Positions 35,917 to 43,788 of a stretch of 64,000 bases of DNA are shown here, piece by piece. The translations under genes were made by a program, and so were the position numbers. Source of the DNA: Oceanisphaera sp. (GTDB taxonomy: Bacteria; Pseudomonadota; Gammaproteobacteria; Enterobacterales; Aeromonadaceae); NCBI GenBank assembly GCA_052106055.1, contig JBQEBI010000001.1, positions 8,019 through 72,018 on the forward strand, in the 5' to 3' direction. Every line of letters starts with the position of its first letter. The first letter of the stretch is position 1. Below the pieces are notes generated by a model that saw only the letters and a list, made by a program, of their open reading frames with translations, was not told the origin of the DNA and did not search any database.

Positions 35917-36353
35917 TCTGCACACTACACACGTATTGCCTTTCCTCTTTATCCGCTAAAAAATATTTCTTGCCGGAATCCGACTCTCAATGCGTTAGCG
36001 CATTGAAATCGTTTGCTGATTTCTGATAGATGCAATCTATAAATACCTCATTTATAACACTGTCATTACGCGTTGATGTGTTTTGATGCTTGTTATCAAC
36101 CAAGATCAAAATTTTTAATTAGATGATTCGTGGTTAAGCAATCTTCCCACAAGGTCATAATCTCAATTATTCGACATCGAAACAGCCAAATGGGTCATTT
36201 ACTTATTATTTGATACCTGTTTACTTATGCGACATGTGTATATAACCAGTATTTACCTGTAGTGAGTGGCGATATATTGTGCCAGTGGTAATAAGTAATC
36301 AACCAAGCCGTTTATGTTGCTCTTTCTATTAAATACATATTAAGTAGGTTTCA

Positions 36354-37631
36354 ATGGCCGCACCTAAAAGTCTCACTTTTCAGTTACATCAACATTGGGA
36401 GGTGGTTGAGCAGTTAACTCGGCTCTCGCGAGAGTTTCCAGTATTTGAGCTGAGAGTACTTGAGCAGGTAATCAATCAGTACAAAAATAAGAATGCGGAA
36501 AGTAATACTGTACTCACCAGTCTTATTAATGCAGACATACTCCAGTCTATTAATCGCAGTAGCGACTATCAGCTAAACACCTTAGTTGTGGACTTTGTCA
36601 GAGGTTTAACCCAAGAGCATGAGTTAGGTCTATCAGCGGTGCTTAAAGCGCGAGTTGATGCGATTAAAGACGCCACTAGCCAAGTATTAGAAGGACTCGA
36701 TGGGTCGTACAATGATTTACTTAGTACTGGTGCGAACAGACTGTCAGAGCTGGTTAGAAAAATAATTCAACAGTTGACACAAGATAAACAAGCCATCTTT
36801 GAAATAGCCGAATTGGCAAAATCGGCGGATACCCGTGTTCCGATTGCACGTCGTTACCGTGAAGTGTTAGAGGTGTACGATCAATACGTTGAGCCGATGA
36901 ACGAAATGATGGATAGTGGTCTTGGCGGCAGTTTCTACCCTTTATTAGAGACGGCGGAAGCCGCACTCGATTCTGCCGTTGATACTCTTTCCATACGCGG
37001 CTCTTTGTATCAACAAAGGTTGGCAATGCGCCAGATAGCGTATCAAGTCAAAGATCTTCGGTACCAAGGGCGAATTATAGCTCAGCAATGTGCCGATACC
37101 TTGTTGCCGTTAAGAGAGGAAGTCAGGCAGCATAACCAGCTTTCAGCGGTGATCAGCAAGCAGCTTAGTTTAGTGCGTAAAAAGGGCTTAGTGCGAGGGC
37201 TGAATGCGAACGGTTTACCAATGTGGAAAAGTAGCCGTGTTACCAAAACTCAATTAGGTAACGAGGTGCGTGAGTTGATGGCAGAATTTATGGACTTTGA
37301 GCCTAGCTCTATTCCATTCCCAGATGAAGAGGGAATGCCAGAAAGTTCAATCATCAACTGGGTTGATGAAGAGCTTTTACGACAGCAACTAATTGACGTA
37401 TTACCAGTAGAGAATCTCATGGCATGGCTCAGGGGAAACTATCAGCACCTACCGGATGCCGAGCTGTTGCGCCTGTATCACGCGCTTGCCCGTGATCCTC
37501 AGTGGCAAAGCACATTAGGGATGCATTCACATACCACAGCACTGAACACAGTCGCCGTAACCTACCACCCTCATGAAATAAAGATGTTGACTAGCTCAAC
37601 AAATGCAAAGGATGTTGATAATGCAAACTAG
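36354..37631 (+). CDS. gene 1 of operon: helical protein, JetA/MksF (kleisin)-like by position only
   Basis: 425-aa ORF, predicted largely helical. The 3' end overlaps the next gene by 11 nt. I could not recognise DUF3375 motifs by eye. Confidence 0.4.
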   Translation: MAAPKSLTFQLHQHWEVVEQLTRLSREFPVFELRVLEQVINQYKNKNAESNTVLTSLINADILQSINRSSDYQLNTLVVDFVRGLTQEHELGLSAVLKARVDAIKDATSQVLEGLDGSYNDLLSTGANRLSELVRKIIQQLTQDKQAIFEIAELAKSADTRVPIARRYREVLEVYDQYVEPMNEMMDSGLGGSFYPLLETAEAALDSAVDTLSIRGSLYQQRLAMRQIAYQVKDLRYQGRIIAQQCADTLLPLREEVRQHNQLSAVISKQLSLVRKKGLVRGLNANGLPMWKSSRVTKTQLGNEVRELMAEFMDFEPSSIPFPDEEGMPESSIINWVDEELLRQQLIDVLPVENLMAWLRGNYQHLPDAELLRLYHALARDPQWQSTLGMHSHTTALNTVAVTYHPHEIKMLTSSTNAKDVDNAN

Positions 37632-38190
37632 CAAAATCAATTTAAATGAGCTGGCTCATTTGAAAGAGTTGTTTAACCTTTTTATTTCTGGGCGACATCT
37701 TAATCGCTCGGCAGATGCGGCTTTATGGCATGAGCTAGAACAACAAGCACAGCAGTATCAGCACCTATTTGCTAGTTTAGGGTTTGACTTGCGTATGGAT
37801 GGGCGTGGTTTTGCTTGGTTCCACGAGGATGATAGTAACTCGAATATCAATAAGCAATCACGCCAGCTAGCGCTGTTGCTGATGGTGATATTTGACCATC
37901 AAGCAGATAACGGCCGTGCTCTTGGCCAGTTCTACCAATGGATTATTGATAATGCCTTATTAAATGAGGTCTACGAAAAGCATCAAGAGCTTTTGGATGC
38001 AGAAGAGCTCGATCAATATGCACTCATAAAGATACTCGACAATGCAGTGCGAAAAGGTTTTGCAGTTCAAGAGAGCAATCACTGGCGTTTATTGTCTTCG
38101 GTATATCGCTACCTTGACCATTTTGAATTTATTACTGAACAGCAATCTAATAGCGATGTGGCAGCTTATGAGGAAGGTGATTCATGTTAA
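37621..38190 (+). CDS. gene 2: small acidic protein, JetB/MksE (DUF4194/MukE-like) candidate
   Basis: 189 aa from ATG 37621 (AAGGA RBS 8 nt upstream; the ORF track start 37603 is less likely). The segment ALWHELEQQAQQYQHLFASLGFDLRMDGRGFAWF fits the remembered DUF4194 pattern (lW..L....v..yf..lGl.L..de..GyAfl). Confidence 0.55.
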   Translation: MQTSKINLNELAHLKELFNLFISGRHLNRSADAALWHELEQQAQQYQHLFASLGFDLRMDGRGFAWFHEDDSNSNINKQSRQLALLLMVIFDHQADNGRALGQFYQWIIDNALLNEVYEKHQELLDAEELDQYALIKILDNAVRKGFAVQESNHWRLLSSVYRYLDHFEFITEQQSNSDVAAYEEGDSC

Positions 38191-40976
38191 ATTACGGCTT
38201 TCAACGTTTAGCGTTAATTGGCAGTGCTGGGTACCAGCGAGCAGAACTTCCTCTTGATGACTCTGTGTCATTAATTGCGCCCAATAACTATGGTAAAACA
38301 AGCTTAATCAATGCGCTTCAATTTCTGCTCATCATTGATCAAAGAAGGATGGATTTCGGTTCTCACACATTAGAAAAGGCTCGTCGTTTTTACTTTCCGA
38401 ACAACAGCGCTTACATCTTGCTAGAAGTCATCTTACCGCAAACTGGCACTGTGGTGTTTGGCTGTGTGGGTAAAGGGGTAGGCTTTGACTACGAGTACTT
38501 TGCTTACAAGGGTGAGTTGAATCTAGATGATTTCCGCTTAGCTGATGGAAACATCGTTTCGCAACCAAAGTTAGTCAACCACTTAGCGACCAAAAAACAT
38601 CGGGTCTATAAGTTCAATGATAAAGAGTTTCGACACTCGATTTATGGCGGTGCAAAAAGCAAGAAAAACAGCGACATCGACTTTACAGTATTCAAACTTG
38701 AACACATAAGCGATGCTCGCTCGTTTCAGCAAGTCCTCACCAAGACGCTAAGGCTTGACAAGCTAAACTCCAGTGATGTTAAAGACTATTTGTTGAAGAT
38801 CTTTAGTCGAGAGCTCCCCAATGCCGCTATAGATTTTAAGCAGGAGTGGGAGAAAGCCTTTCAAGATATCAACCTAGAGCGTGAGCAATACCTGGCAGCA
38901 GCCAATAATTTAGATACGATTCAAGAACTTGAACTAAATTTTGAGGGTACCTTGTCGCTACGAGGAAAAATTGCTGCATGCCAACCTAAAGTGAATGAGT
39001 TGCTGCAAAATTGGCATGGTCACGTTCAAACGATGACTGAAAATCTATCAACGCAAAAGGCGAAGCTTGAGCAAACACAAAGTGAGTTACGAAACCAAGA
39101 CATCATACGCGCAGGAGAACGCACTGAATTAACCAATAAACTTGCAGAGTTAAAACGTACCGAGAAACAGCAACAAGAGTTAGAAGATCGGTTTACTCTG
39201 ATCCCAGACCAACTGTTTCTAGAGAACCAGCTAAATTTAGCCGAGAAAGCGTATGAAGCTCAGGCTGCCTTGTGTGTTCAATCGCAACGTTCATCTTCTG
39301 CCTCGATTAGCAAGCAGTTGCAACAACGAAAAGAGCATTTACAAAGGCTGCAGTCTCAATATGACACTCTCGGCGACAATTTATACCTTCATCTTTCCAA
39401 GTCGCTTAGTGCACATGAGCTAGAGAAGCTGAATAAAGTACTTAGCCAGCAAGTGATGCAATTGCCACAGTCGCAGTATTCGCTTGACCTTAATCAGCTT
39501 CGAAAGTTGCTTAATGATGAATCTGCTGAGCAATTTTCGCTCTCAGGCTTAACGCTGTCTTTTGAGGAGCTTGTACCTCAGCATATTCAAAAGACAGAGC
39601 AGGAGTTGGTGGAGGAAATAGGCGATGTGAGTAAGCAAATAAAAGAGCTTACGGATTTGTTTGAAGCAAGTAGAGAGAGTGAGGCTGCTGAGAGGAAAAA
39701 AATCGAATTAAACCGTGCGCTAAGGCAGTGTGAGCAAGAACTGCAGGATTACCAACATCTTCAAGCATTAATAAAAACTCAGGCGCAGCGACTTGAGCAA
39801 AAGCAAACATTAGCGAGTGAGCGAGAGGCGGTCGAAGCTGCTCTGGATAATACGGGCAAGCAGTACAATGAGCTCACGCTGCAAATTAATACAGTGAGAG
39901 ATAAGCTCAGTAACTTGGCTTCGGATAAACGCAATGTTGAAAAACTAAAAAATCAAAGAATTGATGACCAAGCGCTGTTTGCTGCATTGTCTGACCAACC
40001 CCATACACCTTGGATTGTAATGGATGAGTGGTCTTTGGAGTCTCTACCGGCTCGTCTTGAACAATACATCGAGGATTGCAAAGACCTCGATAAGCTGTCT
40101 AAAGAAGTGCGTCAGATGAAAAATGACTTAGCTCAGAAGGGGCTGACAAAGTTCCAAATGGCGCAAACTCAAGATGAAGAGATAAAAGGTATCATTCAAT
40201 TCAGTCATTGTTTAGATGATGAGAAGAAAGCCTTGGAAAGGCGTGCTCGATCGGCAGTGGTCAACGTTACAGCGAGTTTAAGAGAGCTGCGCGGTGGGCT
40301 CTATGCCCTACAAAGCAAGATGAAAGAGTTCAATCGATTAATCAGTCATAGACAGTTATCGGATCTCAAAATCTTCAAAATTGAACCCGTTGAAGAGAGT
40401 CAGCTTGTAGATTCCATGAATGTACTGATACAGCAAGCAGAGCAAACTGAAAGTGGTCAGAGTTTCGAACTGTTTGATCAAGGCAGTATTCTTGATGATG
40501 CGGAGTTAGAGCGAGCGAAGAGCTTGCTGATAGAAGAAGGTAATGCTCGCCAAGGATTAAGAGTGGCAGATTTGTTCAGACTTGAGTTTGTTGTCGCGAA
40601 ACAAGGGCAGCAGCAAGAATCATTTGAAGATATTGATAGTGCGGCTTCTAACGGAACCGTATTGATGGCCAAGCTTGTGACTGGTCTGGCAATGTTGCAC
40701 CTAATGCAAGATAAGCGTCACCAAATGAAAGCGGTATGTTATTTAGATGAGGCCTTAGCTCTAGATACCAAAAACCAAGTTAACTTGATAGAAATTGCCG
40801 AACAATTCGGTTTTGCCTTGATCTTTGCTTCACCAGCACCGTTAACCACAGCGCGTTATTGTGTGCCAATCCATCAAGCGAATGGCTATAATCACATTAG
40901 CCGTAATAGTTGGCAAATTTTCGAACCGATAGAGAATCAAGAGCTGCCGCAACAACAAGTGGGGTCCTTGCGATGA
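38184..40976 (+). CDS. gene 3: SMC-like coiled-coil ABC ATPase, JetC/MksB-like
   Basis: 930 aa. N-terminal P-loop APNNYGKTS (aa 32-40), about 600 aa of Q/E/K/L-rich coiled-coil-type sequence, and C-terminal Walker B VCYLDEA (D855-E856) preceded by a possible degenerate signature SNGT. Start overlaps the gene 2 stop by 7 nt. Confidence 0.75.
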   Translation: MLNYGFQRLALIGSAGYQRAELPLDDSVSLIAPNNYGKTSLINALQFLLIIDQRRMDFGSHTLEKARRFYFPNNSAYILLEVILPQTGTVVFGCVGKGVGFDYEYFAYKGELNLDDFRLADGNIVSQPKLVNHLATKKHRVYKFNDKEFRHSIYGGAKSKKNSDIDFTVFKLEHISDARSFQQVLTKTLRLDKLNSSDVKDYLLKIFSRELPNAAIDFKQEWEKAFQDINLEREQYLAAANNLDTIQELELNFEGTLSLRGKIAACQPKVNELLQNWHGHVQTMTENLSTQKAKLEQTQSELRNQDIIRAGERTELTNKLAELKRTEKQQQELEDRFTLIPDQLFLENQLNLAEKAYEAQAALCVQSQRSSSASISKQLQQRKEHLQRLQSQYDTLGDNLYLHLSKSLSAHELEKLNKVLSQQVMQLPQSQYSLDLNQLRKLLNDESAEQFSLSGLTLSFEELVPQHIQKTEQELVEEIGDVSKQIKELTDLFEASRESEAAERKKIELNRALRQCEQELQDYQHLQALIKTQAQRLEQKQTLASEREAVEAALDNTGKQYNELTLQINTVRDKLSNLASDKRNVEKLKNQRIDDQALFAALSDQPHTPWIVMDEWSLESLPARLEQYIEDCKDLDKLSKEVRQMKNDLAQKGLTKFQMAQTQDEEIKGIIQFSHCLDDEKKALERRARSAVVNVTASLRELRGGLYALQSKMKEFNRLISHRQLSDLKIFKIEPVEESQLVDSMNVLIQQAEQTESGQSFELFDQGSILDDAELERAKSLLIEEGNARQGLRVADLFRLEFVVAKQGQQQESFEDIDSAASNGTVLMAKLVTGLAMLHLMQDKRHQMKAVCYLDEALALDTKNQVNLIEIAEQFGFALIFASPAPLTTARYCVPIHQANGYNHISRNSWQIFEPIENQELPQQQVGSLR

Positions 40977-41851
40977 GCCAGACATTGGTTAAAGTATTAA
41001 CGCGATTGGTCGAGGCTTACCCAGATCCCATCGCCGGAAGCACCTTGACATCACCTCAGAAGAATCAGCTTGAAGCATTCAGTCGCAATACTCAGTCGGT
41101 ACAAGTTACCCCTAAAGGCCGTGGAGTTGTCTACGGCATTTTAGATATGGATGTTGTTAAAGTCACACTAGAACAGTTGGTACCAAACCAACACTTGTCT
41201 AAAGCTGTGCCACCACGAGCATTAAATATAGGCGCGACACGTAGCAGCAAACAAGGGCGAGCAGGCCACGATGTCACCTACGTGCTGGCTAAAACGGTTG
41301 CGAATCCGTTGTGGGAGGCGTCTGGAGTACTCACTGATCACTTAAATGTAGCAACAGAAGAGTTTGGCGTTTTTTCGCTTGAAATCGGTGGCGAAAGAAA
41401 CAGCAATCTTCACACTCATCATTCCATTTGGTTGGTGGAAAACCAAGCAGTGTTTGATCGGCTAGATTGGCTACACAATAGCGAACCCACAACCGTCATC
41501 TGGTACCGAGGGCAGCTGCACAACAAACTGATTGAGTGGTTATCGGCGCCCGAAAGAGCACCGTCGGTATACTTATTTGCGGATTATGATGGTGTAGGCT
41601 TGAATAATTATCGTCGCTTAAAAGACAAATTAGAAAAAAGAGCAGAGTTTTGGATGATGCCTAACTGGAAAGAACTTTTGAACCGTTATGGGCAAAACCA
41701 ACTTTGGAATGATACTGCACGGGAATTCAAATCTTTTGAGCGAAACAGCCAAAAATTGTTAGCGCAATCCCCTATACTGCGAGAGCTGATAACGGAAATG
41801 AAGAAGTATGGCTTAGCTTTAGAGCAAGAGGCTATCTGGTTGAGTGATTGA
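40973..41851 (+). CDS. gene 4: Toprim-domain protein, JetD/MksG-like putative nuclease
   Basis: 292 aa from ATG 40973 (ATGA overlap with the gene 3 stop). Toprim-like acidic residues WLVENQAVF (E156) and LFADYDGVGLNNYRRL (D204, D206). The terminal LALEQEAIW resembles the end of the DUF2220/JetD C-terminal domain. Confidence 0.7.
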   Translation: MSQTLVKVLTRLVEAYPDPIAGSTLTSPQKNQLEAFSRNTQSVQVTPKGRGVVYGILDMDVVKVTLEQLVPNQHLSKAVPPRALNIGATRSSKQGRAGHDVTYVLAKTVANPLWEASGVLTDHLNVATEEFGVFSLEIGGERNSNLHTHHSIWLVENQAVFDRLDWLHNSEPTTVIWYRGQLHNKLIEWLSAPERAPSVYLFADYDGVGLNNYRRLKDKLEKRAEFWMMPNWKELLNRYGQNQLWNDTAREFKSFERNSQKLLAQSPILRELITEMKKYGLALEQEAIWLSD

Positions 41852-41926
41852 TCGGTGACACTCTCAATGGACCAAGATATTTAGCAGACAAAGCTAAGCC
41901 AGTAGCTGTACTTGTCGTCACTCTAT

Positions 41927-42607
41927 TTATTCAGCCGGGTATAAATACCCGCGCAATAAGCGGATAAACTCGCTGGTCTCTCGGTCTAAAGACGACTCAT
42001 GTATTAATAGATCGTAACCATATAACTCTCTCATATGACACATACGATGACCGAGCATCGCAATGGCGTCTGAGTAACGGTGGCCGTTTGCTGAACAAAA
42101 ATGATCATCCTCTATCAGCCAGTCATGAAACTGATGTCGTTCAATCACACCATAACGCCTTGCTAAGGCTAACAGTGGCCGCTGCTCGGTTAAAATGTGT
42201 ACTGCTAAGCGGGGCGTCATAAACGAAAGAATTTCATCAATATCACGAATTTTAATGCCCACATAAGGCAGATCAACCTGATCTATGCCGCGGGTTAAAT
42301 TGGGCTGTCCAATGCGAAATATATTGCGCCAATGCAGGCTCCAGCCCCCAATTTTGTGATGAAAGTGCAAATGTTCGCGACTGAGCGAGAAACTATAATG
42401 CGGTTCATGTAGTTTAAGCGCACCTAATATCGCCATTATCATGCAGGCTAAAAATAAAAACACCACGACTAGCTGGGCACGACCGTCTAACCAATACCCA
42501 ATGACCAGTATCAGTGGCATTAGTACTAAGCCTGCCAGCATAAGTGCTAAACCGTTATGACGCGACATGGGGGCTATGTGTTGAGTTTCTTGCACAGTGT
42601 CTCCCAT
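41927..42607 (-). CDS. membrane protein of unknown function (possibly DUF2982-like)
   Basis: Two N-terminal TM helices followed by a soluble domain. Family assignment from memory is weak. Confidence 0.4.
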   Translation of the reverse strand: MGDTVQETQHIAPMSRHNGLALMLAGLVLMPLILVIGYWLDGRAQLVVVFLFLACMIMAILGALKLHEPHYSFSLSREHLHFHHKIGGWSLHWRNIFRIGQPNLTRGIDQVDLPYVGIKIRDIDEILSFMTPRLAVHILTEQRPLLALARRYGVIERHQFHDWLIEDDHFCSANGHRYSDAIAMLGHRMCHMRELYGYDLLIHESSLDRETSEFIRLLRGYLYPAE

Positions 42608-42662
42608 TTAATAGTCAGTTCCATTACAGTAATCATACACATAGAAACACTAAGAGGTAATC

Positions 42663-43400
42663 ATGTCCGCCGCTACATCTTCCGCTATTAGCGTAATGCG
42701 CCAACATAGATCCATTCGTAAGTTTACCGAGCAGGCCCTAACGGATGAACAACGCAGTGCGATTTTGGCCTCGGCGCAAGCTGCTCCCAGCTCTAGCTTT
42801 TTACAAGCATCCACAGTGATCCGCATCAGCTCCCCTGAGTTAAGAGAGCAGGTGATGGCCTTGTGTGGCAATCAAGCCTATGTAGGTAATGCTGCTGAGT
42901 TTTGGGTGTTTTGTGCTGATTTTCACCGTCATTTACAATGGGTACCCGAGGCAAAAACCGGTTTTGCTGAGCAATTACTGATTGGCGCCATTGATACCGC
43001 GCTCATGGGACAAAATGCCTTAACCGCAGCCCAGTCGTTAGGCTTGGGTGGGGTGTTTATTGGCGCTGTGCGTAATCAGCCTCATGCCTTGAGTGACTTG
43101 CTACAGCTGCCTAAAGGGGTGATCCCTTTATTTGGGCTTTGTATGGGCCATCCCGCTCAAGATCCTGAGCCTAAGCCGCGCCTGCCTGCCAATTTAATGT
43201 TGTGCGAAAACCAGTATCCTGCCCAGTTTGATGAAGCACAAATGCAAGCATATGACGAGCAAGTCCGTCATTATTATCGCACCCGTACCGGGGGTAAAAA
43301 AGAAATGAGTTGGACCGGTCAAATAGGCGATACCTTAGCCAAAGAAGCCCGTCCTTTTATGCTGGAGTTCTTACAGCAGCAGGGCTTTTGCATCCGCTAA
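42663..43400 (+). CDS. nfsA: oxygen-insensitive NADPH nitroreductase NfsA
   Basis: ISVMRQHRSIRKFTEQALTDEQ..; 245 aa; NfsA/Frp family pattern. Confidence 0.85.
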   Translation: MSAATSSAISVMRQHRSIRKFTEQALTDEQRSAILASAQAAPSSSFLQASTVIRISSPELREQVMALCGNQAYVGNAAEFWVFCADFHRHLQWVPEAKTGFAEQLLIGAIDTALMGQNALTAAQSLGLGGVFIGAVRNQPHALSDLLQLPKGVIPLFGLCMGHPAQDPEPKPRLPANLMLCENQYPAQFDEAQMQAYDEQVRHYYRTRTGGKKEMSWTGQIGDTLAKEARPFMLEFLQQQGFCIR

Positions 43401-43470
43401 CCCTAGTCTGCAGCGGTACGCTTTACGCTGACCGCTGTATGTAAAAACCAGCAGCTACTTCTTCTTTAAC

Positions 43471-43763
43471 TGACAGGCTGATGGCCTGTCACTTAGTCAC
43501 AAGTCCGTAAGCGGTTGAACAAATGCAAAGAGGCAATAGGATTGCCTCTTCTTTGTGTTTGGGTGTCTTCTGTTGGTAGTGACAGACAACTCGGGGCTAA
43601 TGGGAAGGCAGAGGGTGTCTGCTCCGTCGACCCTCCGCGCCATGGAGGGCGCGGCGGAGCCCCCATGGAGGGGTTTACGGCGAGTCGAGCGGAGTAGCGC
43701 GCTCTGCCTGATTTCTACTCAAACATCAACAAAAAGATGTGATGAAATGACAGGCTGACGGCT
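43471..43763. repeat. GC-rich structured intergenic element bounded by two copies of a TGACAGGCTGAYGGC hairpin motif
   Basis: tgacaggctgatggcctgtca at 43471 and tgacaggctgacggc...ctgtca at 43749. Between them are a terminator-like hairpin (aagaggcaa..ttgcctctt) and a GC-rich core with direct ccatggaggg repeats enclosed by ggcagag..ctctgcc. Confidence 0.5.
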
Positions 43764-43788
43764 TAAAGCTGACAGCTGTCATTTAGCC

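Larger units (their letters stand above)
35917..41900. other. ~6-kb accessory islet behind tRNA-Ser carrying the four-gene SMC/Toprim operon
   Basis: Begins right after the tRNA terminator with a 440-bp AT-rich non-coding leader. Contains four non-housekeeping genes. Spot GC counts were lower than in some flanking genes. No integrase or tRNA-derived direct repeat seen. Confidence 0.5.

Noticed and set aside
35623-36006. ORFs of 127 aa (+) and 84 aa (-) spanning 35623-36006
   Set aside because: They overlap tRNA-Ser and its terminator. The translations are low-complexity read-through of the RNA gene.
35864-41926. Prophage or integrative element at tRNA-Ser
   Set aside because: No integrase, excisionase or phage genes are present, and no direct repeat of the tRNA 3' end was found at the distal border. 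It is treated only as an islet of unknown origin.
43515-43758. 60-aa and 67-aa ORFs in the nfsA/yeiH intergenic region
   Set aside because: They are open only because of a GC-rich palindromic sequence and consist of Gly/Arg/Ala-rich nonsense.
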